A stretch of 64,000 bases of DNA from a virus. Lineage: Duplodnaviria > Caudoviricetes. Positions within the stretch are counted from its first letter, which is position 1, and the number at the start of each line of letters is the position of its first letter. Shown piece by piece: positions 39,147 to 46,425 of the stretch. A program made the translations under genes and the position numbers. The notes below the pieces were generated by a model. That model had not been told where the DNA came from. It did not search any database and worked only from the letters and a program-made list of their open reading frames with translations. Location: positions 6,259-70,258 of IMG/VR virus record IMGVR_UViG_3300033072_000723; one strand, given 5' to 3'.

Positions 39147-39450
39147 GCTTCTTCTCCCTTTCTTCCTTCAGTTCCGCGCGCACTTCCTTCATGCCGTGGT
39201 GCGCCACGGCTCGCACGGCAGCAAGTCCGACCAACGCCCACACGGACTGGCGGCGCTTATGGTTTTTGACCACGAATTGCTCGTCTATGCCCTTCGGCAA
39301 TCCGGTGATATCGGACGGATGCTCGGTCGCGTGGACCGCGTAGTCCCCGCGCTCGATGTCGCCGCCGATGTTGCCGATGGTCATTTGGCCAAGCTCGCGC
39401 TTGCGCGTGCGATCGCCGCCGGGCCAGAGTTCGATCTTGATGAAGAGCAC
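39139..39450 (-). CDS. Hypothetical protein
   Basis: GTG overlapping the acb2 stop (TAGTG); VLFIKIELWPGGDRTRKRELGQMTIGN. Confidence 0.6.
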   Translation of the reverse strand: MLFIKIELWPGGDRTRKRELGQMTIGNIGGDIERGDYAVHATEHPSDITGLPKGIDEQFVVKNHKRRQSVWALVGLAAVRAVAHHGMKEVRAELKEEREKKRG

Positions 39451-39689
39451 TAGAACGTAGTCGGCTTGGCAATGGCGCGGATCGCGGCCATAAAGCCCTG
39501 CTGCAGATGCGTCTTGCCGATGGCGAGCCAGCGCTTGTCCGGGTCTTCGGTGCGGTCGGCATCGAAACCCTCCAGCTTCGCGATCCACGCCCCGACCTGC
39601 TCAGCCAGTCCCTTACCATCGTTCATCAGGTCGATCTCTGCCTGCGACAGATCGCGGTAGCCCTTGATCAGCTTGTGTTGGTTGTCCAC
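39450..39689 (-). CDS. acb2: Acb2-like anti-CBASS cyclic-nucleotide sponge
   Basis: MDNQHKLIKGYRDLSQAEIDLMNDGK...KRWLAIGKTHLQQGFMAAIRAIAKPTTF closely matches the Pseudomonas phage Acb2 sequence as I recall it, with Y11 and K26 in register; own GGAG RBS and GTG. Confidence 0.85.
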   Translation of the reverse strand: MDNQHKLIKGYRDLSQAEIDLMNDGKGLAEQVGAWIAKLEGFDADRTEDPDKRWLAIGKTHLQQGFMAAIRAIAKPTTF

Positions 39690-39830
39690 GAAATTCTCCC
39701 GTAGCTGCTGATTGATGTCCTCGCGCTCGGCCACCCGTTCCTGGCCCCAGAACTGCCGCTTCCAGTACGGACGCAGGTGGGCGGCCCATTCCTTGGTGGC
39801 GGTCAGTTGGCCTTTGCGGATGTGGGCCAT
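39450..39830 (-). CDS. In-frame N-terminally extended form of Acb2 (47 extra aa)
   Basis: ATG at 39830 overlaps the upstream TAA (TAATG); no stop before the Acb2 GTG. Confidence 0.55.
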   Translation of the reverse strand: MAHIRKGQLTATKEWAAHLRPYWKRQFWGQERVAEREDINQQLRENFVDNQHKLIKGYRDLSQAEIDLMNDGKGLAEQVGAWIAKLEGFDADRTEDPDKRWLAIGKTHLQQGFMAAIRAIAKPTTF

Positions 39831-40234
39831 TAAGCCACTGCCCCAGGCGCCTCATGTTCACTGAGCCAAATCTTGACACACCGCCCATCCGTAAACCTAG
39901 CCACGTACTCCCACCACGCCTTCGTCTTGTCGTCATAGTGGTAGAACGCGATATCGCCGTGATGCTCGAAATACTGGTCCTTCTCGGGATCGGGGATCGG
40001 CGTCATGCACCCAGCCAAGCGTTCAAAGCTGCCTTCTGGAGCGGTTTTGTCGCTCCGGTCCTCGTACCGGACACCCGCCTTCTTGAGTCGCCCGTCCGCA
40101 AGAATAACCCATTCTTCCATATACAGCTGTGGGGTAGGCACGTCCTTTGTCTGGAACAGACAGCCATCCGGCGGCGGTGGTTCCGGCGGGAGCGGCATCT
40201 CGCACCGCAGATAGTCGAACATCCCCATCGTCAT
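39830..40234 (-). CDS. Hypothetical phage protein
   Basis: MGMFDYLRC..FQTKD..HGDIAFY..WWEYVARFTDGRCVKI. Confidence 0.7.
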   Translation of the reverse strand: MTMGMFDYLRCEMPLPPEPPPPDGCLFQTKDVPTPQLYMEEWVILADGRLKKAGVRYEDRSDKTAPEGSFERLAGCMTPIPDPEKDQYFEHHGDIAFYHYDDKTKAWWEYVARFTDGRCVKIWLSEHEAPGAVA

Positions 40235-40243
40235 TCTCCAAGT

Positions 40244-40319
40244 TGGTAGCGGGCCCGGGTACTGCCCCCGGTTTATCCTGGTTATGAGCCAAGCAAGATG
40301 ACTTCACCTACCGCCCGCG
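40244..40319 (-). tRNA. Atypical initiator-like tRNA-Met (CAT) with encoded CCA
   Basis: 76 nt; acceptor CGCGGGC/GCCCGCT with C1:U72 mismatch, A11:U24, anticodon loop CTCATAA, T stem CCGGG/CCCGG; T loop GGCAGTA and D arm are non-canonical. Confidence 0.8.
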
Positions 40320-40327
40320 ATTAATGT

Positions 40328-40448
40328 GTTGCCGGCTTCATACGGCGGGGTTTGAACCCGCATGACTCGTAAGGCTTTCGCCTGCCTGATGTAATCCCGA
40401 CATCTCGGCTTCCGCGCGTCCGCGACCATGTCTCTGGCGGCCAGCAAC
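40328..40448 (-). ncRNA. Candidate multi-stem ncRNA with a T loop
   Basis: Ends pair (GTTGCTGGC/GCCGGCAAC); internal GATGT/ACATC, AGGC-GAAA-GCCT, GCGGG-TTCAAAC-CCCGC; 5' end at predicted +1. Confidence 0.6.
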
Positions 40449-40456
40449 TGTTGCAA

Positions 40457-40484
40457 ACTGTACCAGATCAGCCAACCGAGTCAA
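40457..40484 (-). promoter_or_regulatory. Promoter of the ncRNA-tRNA-acb2 cassette
   Basis: TTGACT, 16 bp, then TACAGT preceded by TG-N (extended -10). Confidence 0.6.
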
Positions 40485-40495
40485 GCCACTAGGTG

Positions 40496-40504
40496 TGGTA
40501 TACT
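40496..40504 (+). promoter_or_regulatory. Extended -10 promoter, probably giving a leaderless HNH mRNA
   Basis: TG-G-TATACT, with ATG 7 nt downstream (40511) and no RBS. Confidence 0.45.
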
Positions 40505-40510
40505 CCAACC

Positions 40511-40972
40511 ATGAAACGCAGATACCCAGACCGATACGCGTGGGTGGACGAGGTTGTCCGAAAGGCCAGCAAGCCAGCCCTACCAGACAAGCCGGCCAAC
40601 GCCGGGTTGTCCAAGAAAGAACGCAAGCGCCTGAAGCAGCGGAAAAGGAAATTTGGCAACAAAACCAAGGACAAGTTCCTGCTATCCTACGAATGGGCTG
40701 TGGTTCGGCAGGAGGCCCTGCGTCTAAACAAGGAGCGATGGGGGACCGGGCGGTGCGAAGCCTGCGGACGAGGAACAGCCGACGGCGTTAACCTGCACGT
40801 AGACCACATCAAGAACCGCCGCCAGTACCCCGGATTGGCCTTGGACCAGAACAACCTCCAGGTCCTTTGCTCGCAATGCAACTGGGGTAAATCCAATCGG
40901 CACGACACGGACTGGCGGCAGGGTGGCGATCCGTTAACGAAAGCCTATAAGGCTACCTTGGCCGAAGACTAG
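40511..40972 (+). CDS. HNH endonuclease
   Basis: CEACG..LHVDHIKNRRQYPGLALDQNNLQVLCSQCNWGKS. Confidence 0.88.
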   Translation: MKRRYPDRYAWVDEVVRKASKPALPDKPANAGLSKKERKRLKQRKRKFGNKTKDKFLLSYEWAVVRQEALRLNKERWGTGRCEACGRGTADGVNLHVDHIKNRRQYPGLALDQNNLQVLCSQCNWGKSNRHDTDWRQGGDPLTKAYKATLAED

Positions 40973-41014
40973 GACTTGTGGTACGGTCCACCCGGCAACC
41001 GCACAGGTGGTGGT

Positions 41015-41131
41015 ATGGAGCGCGACCCTATCCCCTGGTGGATAATTTTGGTGCTGCCCACCCTGGGCATAGGGCTCGGCGGCTTCCTGCTCCTGGGCGG
41101 CCTGAGTCTGATTTACCTGGGGATACCTTGA
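41015..41131 (+). CDS. 38-aa hydrophobic peptide, holin candidate
   Basis: MERDPIPWWIILVLPTLGIGLGGFLLLGGLSLIYLGIP; TGA overlaps the endolysin ATG; below the ORF-track cutoff. Confidence 0.55.
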   Translation: MERDPIPWWIILVLPTLGIGLGGFLLLGGLSLIYLGIP

Positions 41132-41883
41132 TGGCGCGCATTGTCGGTCCGGACCTGTCGAGCCGGGGGTTTGTCCTTTGTAACCCAATGAATATCAGCT
41201 ACCGCCCCCAGGATAAATGGCAGGGCATTGACGAGGCGAACCCGCACGACAACCCGCCTGGCGGCATGACCAAGCTGTGCCGGTTTGTGGACCCGATCTA
41301 CGGAATCCGGGCCGGGGCCAGACAGCTGATCTACAACCAGGACACTCACGACTGCGGGACGGTCGCTGAGCAGATCACCAAATGGGCCCCGCCGCCCAAG
41401 AAGGCGCCCAAGGACAAGAATCATACCGCCCAGTACATCAAGTTTGTGGCAGCGGCCATGGACGTGCTGCCGGACGATCCGATCAACGTCCACAAATACC
41501 AGACGCTGCGGCCCATGATCGAGGCGATGATCGACTTCGAGAACAAGGGCTCTGGCCACCCGTACACGGACGCCCAGATCGACAAGGCGCTGGTGCTGGC
41601 TGGGGTCGAGCCTCCCGCCAGGCCGCTGTCCAAGACCGGCACCGTCAAGGGCGCCCAGGTGGCGGCCGGCGGCCTCGGCCTGACGACCGTGTCGGCCCTG
41701 GCCGAGCAAGCCCAGGAAATCGCTGAGCCCCTGACGGGCATCGCGGGCGCGTTCCGTGGCCTGATGCTCACTCTGAAACCGGTCGCCCCGTACATGCTCT
41801 GGGCGGCGCTGGCCCTGGGCCTGGCGGGCTGTCTGTATGTGGTCTACAGACGCCGCCAGGACCGCAAGCTCGGGCTTCGCTGA
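41131..41883 (+). CDS. Endolysin (lysozyme-like) with C-terminal membrane segments
   Basis: RGFVLCNPMNI (variant of RG.RNNNPGNI), FVDPIYGIRAGA, ITKWAPP..NHTAQYI; hydrophobic C-terminus; followed by a spanin pair. Confidence 0.65.
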   Translation: MARIVGPDLSSRGFVLCNPMNISYRPQDKWQGIDEANPHDNPPGGMTKLCRFVDPIYGIRAGARQLIYNQDTHDCGTVAEQITKWAPPPKKAPKDKNHTAQYIKFVAAAMDVLPDDPINVHKYQTLRPMIEAMIDFENKGSGHPYTDAQIDKALVLAGVEPPARPLSKTGTVKGAQVAAGGLGLTTVSALAEQAQEIAEPLTGIAGAFRGLMLTLKPVAPYMLWAALALGLAGCLYVVYRRRQDRKLGLR

Positions 41884-42167
41884 TGCCATGGCTTGCCGCG
41901 CTTGCAGGAGGCCCCCTCGGGTTTCTGGCGGCGCCCCTGATGAAGCTGGGCAAGTGGGCCCTGGTGATCCTGCTGGTGGCGCTGGCGTTACTCGGCTTGG
42001 AGCGCTACGTCCGAAACCGGGGCCGGCTGGAGGCGAAGCTGGACGGCCTGGAGGGCACGATCAAGACCATCGAGACCCGCAAGCGGATCGAGCAGCGGGT
42101 AAAGCAGATGCCGGAAGACGAGGTCGAAGAATGGCTCTTGCCACCAGATCAGCGGCGAAAGCGCTAG
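41883..42167 (+). CDS. Inner-membrane spanin (Rz-like)
   Basis: N-terminal TM followed by a coiled coil. Confidence 0.6.
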   Translation: MPWLAALAGGPLGFLAAPLMKLGKWALVILLVALALLGLERYVRNRGRLEAKLDGLEGTIKTIETRKRIEQRVKQMPEDEVEEWLLPPDQRRKR

Positions 42168-42439
42168 CCCTCGCAGCGGCGCTGCTGCTGGTCGGCTGCG
42201 GCCCGCTGATCAACATCCCGGCGTCCAGCGGCTCCGGCGCCAATGTCGCGCCGTCTGCCGACACGCAGCCGACGCTGTGTACGGCGGTCGAGCCGATCTA
42301 CATGGATCGGGCTACAGCCGCGACGCTGCCCAAGACGCTGCGCGAGGACATTGCGATCCAGAACCGGCTGATCGAGTGCGTATGCACGGACCAGCGCAAG
42401 ACGCGCGAGTGCAAGCTTTTCCTGCTCGGGAGCAAATGA
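42131..42439 (+). CDS. Outer-membrane spanin lipoprotein (Rz1-like)
   Basis: Signal peptide with lipobox LLLVGC, overlaps Rz, extra Cys residues. Confidence 0.65.
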   Translation: MALATRSAAKALALAAALLLVGCGPLINIPASSGSGANVAPSADTQPTLCTAVEPIYMDRATAATLPKTLREDIAIQNRLIECVCTDQRKTRECKLFLLGSK

Positions 42440-42440
42440 C

Positions 42441-42545
42441 ATGGACAGGATCGCCGCAGCTTGGACATGGGTCGCGGCCACCCGCTGGCGCTGGATCGCC
42501 GCGATCATCATCCTGTCCGTTATCGCCGGAATGCTGCTGGGCTAG
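42441..42545 (+). CDS. 34-aa membrane peptide
   Basis: MDRIAAAWTWVAATRWRWIAAIIILSVIAGMLLG. Confidence 0.45.
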   Translation: MDRIAAAWTWVAATRWRWIAAIIILSVIAGMLLG

Positions 42546-42724
42546 CCCTTTGCCCTGGCCTGGTCGAGGGCCGCGATGGCGCGACGCGCGTACTCACGAG
42601 CCCGTTCTTGATAGTGCTTGTGCTGGTCAGGGTAGTTGTCGAGCATGCAACGCCCATCATCCAGCATGTAAAACCATTCTGGCATAATCGCCCGCGCGAC
42701 CGCTTCGACCTCCGCGTCGGTCAT
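42542..42724 (-). CDS. Hypothetical protein
   Basis: MTDAEVEAVARAI...; ATGA coupling. Confidence 0.55.
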   Translation of the reverse strand: MTDAEVEAVARAIMPEWFYMLDDGRCMLDNYPDQHKHYQERAREYARRAIAALDQARAKG

Positions 42725-43431
42725 GGCTGCTTCTCCGTCGTGGGGCGCGCGGCGATCATGGCGCGGTAGTTTGCCGCCATTGTTTTGCGCTTCTTCGTCT
42801 GCATCACGAAATCCTGTTGCTCTATCGTGCCGACGAAGGGCGCCTCGACCATGTCGGCAGTCGGCTCCACCGGCACCCGTACCCACCCCACCGCTTCCAT
42901 CGCAGCGTCGGCGGCGGTGAGAGCGAGGCGCATGTCCTCGCGATATCCATCAGGGTTGGGTGACAAACGCCAGTCGTTTGCGCGCTCGTATGAGTCCAGC
43001 GCCGCCTCTACCGCCCCGTCGTGCTCGCAGACCGTCACACGTTCAGGCATCCGCGCCATGCCAACGGTGGCGGTCCCGCAGATCGCAAATTCCCCGTGCG
43101 CGATGTTCGTCAGCCGCGCAATCTCCGCATCCCGCTCGGCGAGCTTCGCTTCGGCTGCTTCGGCGCGGGCCTTTTCCTCGTCGTAGTAATTAACGTATGG
43201 GCCGCACTCTTCGTATAGGTCATCCAGGGCGCGAATTTTGTCTTTCAGCCGCGCAATCTCCGCATCCCGCTCGGCGATGGTCGCGATCAGGGTGGCGAGT
43301 TGGGCGCGGGCGTCCTTGGCATCATCGAGCAATTCAATCAGTAACTTTCCGCTGACCCCGCAATACGCCGACATATCACGTAAACTAGCGCGGACTTCGT
43401 CACTCACCCTCGGCGTCGGCGTGTCGGTCAT
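42721..43431 (-). CDS. Modular hypothetical early protein
   Basis: Two AERDAEIARL copies; C-terminal WVRVPVEPTADMV..YRAMIAARP. Confidence 0.65.
   Translation of the reverse strand: MTDTPTPRVSDEVRASLRDMSAYCGVSGKLLIELLDDAKDARAQLATLIATIAERDAEIARLKDKIRALDDLYEECGPYVNYYDEEKARAEAAEAKLAERDAEIARLTNIAHGEFAICGTATVGMARMPERVTVCEHDGAVEAALDSYERANDWRLSPNPDGYREDMRLALTAADAAMEAVGWVRVPVEPTADMVEAPFVGTIEQQDFVMQTKKRKTMAANYRAMIAARPTTEKQP
43110..43277. repeat. Exact 33-bp direct repeat
   Basis: tcagccgcgcaatctccgcatcccgctcggcga at 43110-43142 and 43245-43277. Confidence 0.9.
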
Positions 43432-43673
43432 GGCGTGGTGTCCTCTATGGCCAGCTTAGAAAGCTGTTCGTAGATCGGGGCTGATGTGGCCCGATATGGA
43501 CCGCGTTCCAGGCGCCCGCATTCGGCTACCAGCGCCTTGCGGGCGGCCTCCTGTCCGGCCCGGTGCTGGGCGCGGAGGGCGGCTGCCAGCACGGCATAAG
43601 TGTCTGGCCAAGTGTCCTCCGCTTCCATTTCGCGGTGTACATCCAACGCCATGTCGTCGAACCGATCCGTCAT
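43428..43673 (-). CDS. Hypothetical protein
   Basis: MTDRFDDMALD...; RBS GAGGG. Confidence 0.5.
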   Translation of the reverse strand: MTDRFDDMALDVHREMEAEDTWPDTYAVLAAALRAQHRAGQEAARKALVAECGRLERGPYRATSAPIYEQLSKLAIEDTTP

Positions 43674-43684
43674 GCTGCCCTCCC

Positions 43685-44536
43685 TCAGTCGATGGCCTGC
43701 GAGCTGCTGGTGACAGCGTTGTACCCAGCCAAGAACCGCTCGTACTGCGCCGCCGCTCCGTTTTTCATGCGCTCCAGCGTCTCGTGGTTGGCGGCAACCC
43801 ATGCGCTGGCGCGCACCTTCGAGATGGGGCGCTCTTGGATATATTCAACGAGCTTGTCCACCCAATGGCTGACCTCCCGCGCCGCTGGAGTGCGCAGCGT
43901 GTACGGCTTGGTGCTGCCGTCCTCGTTCTTGGCGTGCTGCTGTGGCACGGGCTCGGCCGGCTTCGCCTCAACCTGGGCGGCCAGCTGGTCCTGCGCTAGC
44001 GGTCTTGGCGGCGCTTTTGGCGCCGGCACCGGCGCGCTGCGGTCCTTGGTGGCACCACCGATCGGCGCCCTGGCCTCGCCATCGTGCGCGTCCGGGTCTT
44101 CGCCGGTCGGGATCAGGAACAGCGACAGGATGAAATACTTGCGCGCGGCTGTCTGACACTTGTTGGCCGCTTTGTCGTCGTAGTTACCTCGCTCGTTCTT
44201 GTAGAGGCTCATGCCCGTGCGCTGGTAGACGCGGGGGCTAACGACACCGGACTTATGGACCAACCGAAAGCCGTAGGTCACGGCCAAAATGCGCCCCTCG
44301 GCAACATCGTGCCTGGCAAGTTCGTCCTGTATCAAAAACAGACCGGCCTCGGCCATGGCCGGCTGCACCTGCTTCAGGATGTCGCCGTCACTGGCGTAGT
44401 TGTAGCGCTGGAACGTGTTCTCGCTCGACTTCGCAACAAATGTGACCTTCGTCATCACGGCAATAACCGCCTCGGCAATCGCGGGCGGAAACATGGCGTG
44501 GTTTGGCTGCTCGAAGTCCTCGTTAAGATTTGTCAT
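43685..44536 (-). CDS. ERF-family ssDNA annealing protein
   Basis: KSSENTFQRYNYASDGDIL..AMAEAGL..DDKAANKCQTAARKYFILSLFLIPTGEDPD. Confidence 0.8.
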   Translation of the reverse strand: MTNLNEDFEQPNHAMFPPAIAEAVIAVMTKVTFVAKSSENTFQRYNYASDGDILKQVQPAMAEAGLFLIQDELARHDVAEGRILAVTYGFRLVHKSGVVSPRVYQRTGMSLYKNERGNYDDKAANKCQTAARKYFILSLFLIPTGEDPDAHDGEARAPIGGATKDRSAPVPAPKAPPRPLAQDQLAAQVEAKPAEPVPQQHAKNEDGSTKPYTLRTPAAREVSHWVDKLVEYIQERPISKVRASAWVAANHETLERMKNGAAAQYERFLAGYNAVTSSSQAID

Positions 44537-44793
44537 TCAATTCCCCGTCTACGATTGTACTCGGCCCTGGTGATCGGATAATGCGGCAGGCGCGTCCACC
44601 AGTCCCACAGCTCTTCACCCGGAACCTCGACGCCATCTACCTCGATAACAGGCTCGCCCGCTGGACCGGCTGGGTCAAGCGGGCAACGGTAGAAAGCACT
44701 GGCGGTCACGTAGGTTCGGTCTTTTTTCAACCGCTCGAACGTGACCGCCACGAGATACCATCCTGGGGTTATGTGTCCGACCTGGAAGGTCAC
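44533..44793 (-). CDS. Hypothetical protein
   Basis: GTG start overlapping the upstream stop. Confidence 0.45.
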   Translation of the reverse strand: MTFQVGHITPGWYLVAVTFERLKKDRTYVTASAFYRCPLDPAGPAGEPVIEVDGVEVPGEELWDWWTRLPHYPITRAEYNRRRGIE

Positions 44794-45311
44794 TCGGCCC
44801 AAGCCTTCCCCCGGGCCTCCTCCCGCAGCCGCTCGGCACGCTCCCTGTTGTACGCGGCGCGAAGTGCTGGCGCCGGCTTGCCGGTCTTCGCCGCGTAACG
44901 CAGGTTCTTCGCGACCTCTGCCGGCGTCCTGTGGCCGGTCCTGGCTATGCCGAACACGACATTGGACAGGTCCACGTCGATGCCGAATGTCTCGGCCGCC
45001 GCAAGCCACGGATCGGGCGCCCCAACGAGCAGCCTTTCCGGACCAAATCCGGCGGACACCACGGCCGGGATCGACACAGCCCACCCCAGCGCGCAACCGG
45101 CCGTACCGCAGTTATGCAGGCTCGGGCCTTTGGTGATTTGCAAGAACACCCCCCTCACCGCCGCCGCCTTCTGGGCGTCGCGGTCCGGGAAGACCCCGAA
45201 CTCGTTCATGTTGAACTTCTTCTTCGGCAGCGGCTCGATGAAGTCTGCCACCACGTTCAGCAGCTTGCGCCTCTGCGCCTTCGTCATTGGCTTGGGCTTT
45301 GGTTTTGCCAC
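44790..45311 (-). CDS. Hypothetical protein
   Basis: KKFNMNEFG..CGTAGCALGWA motif. Confidence 0.65.
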   Translation of the reverse strand: MAKPKPKPMTKAQRRKLLNVVADFIEPLPKKKFNMNEFGVFPDRDAQKAAAVRGVFLQITKGPSLHNCGTAGCALGWAVSIPAVVSAGFGPERLLVGAPDPWLAAAETFGIDVDLSNVVFGIARTGHRTPAEVAKNLRYAAKTGKPAPALRAAYNRERAERLREEARGKAWAE

Positions 45312-45337
45312 GGTCGTTCTCCTTAGTTGTCTGGTTG

Positions 45338-45583
45338 TTAAAACGGGATGTCGCCGCTCGGCGGCCTGTTATCGCGCGGCGGCGCATCCTCCGGCTTGCG
45401 ATACGGCTCGCTAAGCTCGAATGACCAGTACGTCTGATCGTTGCGATCGCGGCGCACCCAGATAGCGAGATCGTACTGCTTGCCCAGCAGCTTTACCGCG
45501 CCCTTGTAGCTCGGGTGCTTCTCGGACGACTTGTTCGCGTTCACGAACACGTTGCCGCTCATGTCTTTGAGTTCGTAGGCCAT
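45338..45583 (-). CDS. Small ssDNA-binding-like protein
   Basis: KSSEKHPSYKG..YDLAIW; ends in GDIPF like SSB tails. Confidence 0.6.
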   Translation of the reverse strand: MAYELKDMSGNVFVNANKSSEKHPSYKGAVKLLGKQYDLAIWVRRDRNDQTYWSFELSEPYRKPEDAPPRDNRPPSGDIPF

Positions 45584-45604
45584 ATCAGACGGTCTCCTCG
45601 CTGG

Positions 45605-46336
45605 CTACAGGTCCACGCTGGTAACGACGCTTCCGCGCAGCTTGCCGTCCTTGATGGCAAGATGCACATTCCCGATCTTGGCGACCAGCTGGTTCACGCG
45701 GGCGATGCTGATCTTCAGCCGCTCGATCGGCGGCAGGCTGCTAACCGGCTGGTGATGAGCGCCGTTCGTTGCCTTCGCCGGCTCGTCGACGGTCTTCGCC
45801 TCGGGCTGAATGGACGGAGGCGCTGGCGGCAGCTTCGGCACGCTGATATAGCGCACGTCGCCGACCTTGTGGTCCTGCGGATTGTACAGCGACTCGCGGT
45901 TTTCCTTGCGCATCTTCGGCGGCTCGGCCTCTTCCCGTGTCGGCAGGCGCCAGACAAGATGCGGCACGCCCTTCACGTTGACGATGCGCCCAGCCGCCTC
46001 GCGCTGGCGGAACAGGAACTCCAGCGGGAACTCCAGGTTCTGAGACGTGAACATCATCTGGTATAGGCCGTTTGTGTTGCTCTTGCCGAACCGCATCAGG
46101 CTCTGGGAACTCTGGCTCACCAGATGCATGGCCACGCCCTTCTCGCCGGGTCCGGCACGGCGCACATAGACCTCGCGCTTGGCCCTGTCGTACCAGCCTG
46201 CCACCACCTTGTGGTGCATGGTGGGCGCGTTCCGGAACATCTCGTCATGCTCTTCCTTGGAGCAGTAGACCGCGAAGACGCACCGCGCGAAGCCGCCCTT
46301 GGACTTCTGCGAAGTCATGTAATGGGCCTGAAGCAT
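45605..46336 (-). CDS. Hypothetical protein
   Basis: 243 aa, RBS GGAG, first gene after the 46380-46409 promoter. Confidence 0.65.
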   Translation of the reverse strand: MLQAHYMTSQKSKGGFARCVFAVYCSKEEHDEMFRNAPTMHHKVVAGWYDRAKREVYVRRAGPGEKGVAMHLVSQSSQSLMRFGKSNTNGLYQMMFTSQNLEFPLEFLFRQREAAGRIVNVKGVPHLVWRLPTREEAEPPKMRKENRESLYNPQDHKVGDVRYISVPKLPPAPPSIQPEAKTVDEPAKATNGAHHQPVSSLPPIERLKISIARVNQLVAKIGNVHLAIKDGKLRGSVVTSVDL

Positions 46337-46379
46337 TTTGATCTCCCGTTAAGAATTGATAGGCGCCCTTGTGATGCAC

Positions 46380-46409
46380 ACACTAATATGGTACGTTACA
46401 ACTTGTCAA
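46380..46409 (-). promoter_or_regulatory. Early promoter
   Basis: TTGACA (46409-46404), 18 bp, TAGTGT; overlaps CAACTTGTCAAC. Confidence 0.5.
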
Positions 46410-46425
46410 CGGGGGAAAAGTTGAA

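Noticed and set aside
40328-40448. tmRNA fragment or self-cleaving ribozyme reading of the T-loop RNA
   Set aside because: The T arm resembles the tmRNA 3' end but there is no acceptor-CCA, tag ORF or pseudoknots; hammerhead core CUGANGA..GAAA is not intact on either strand
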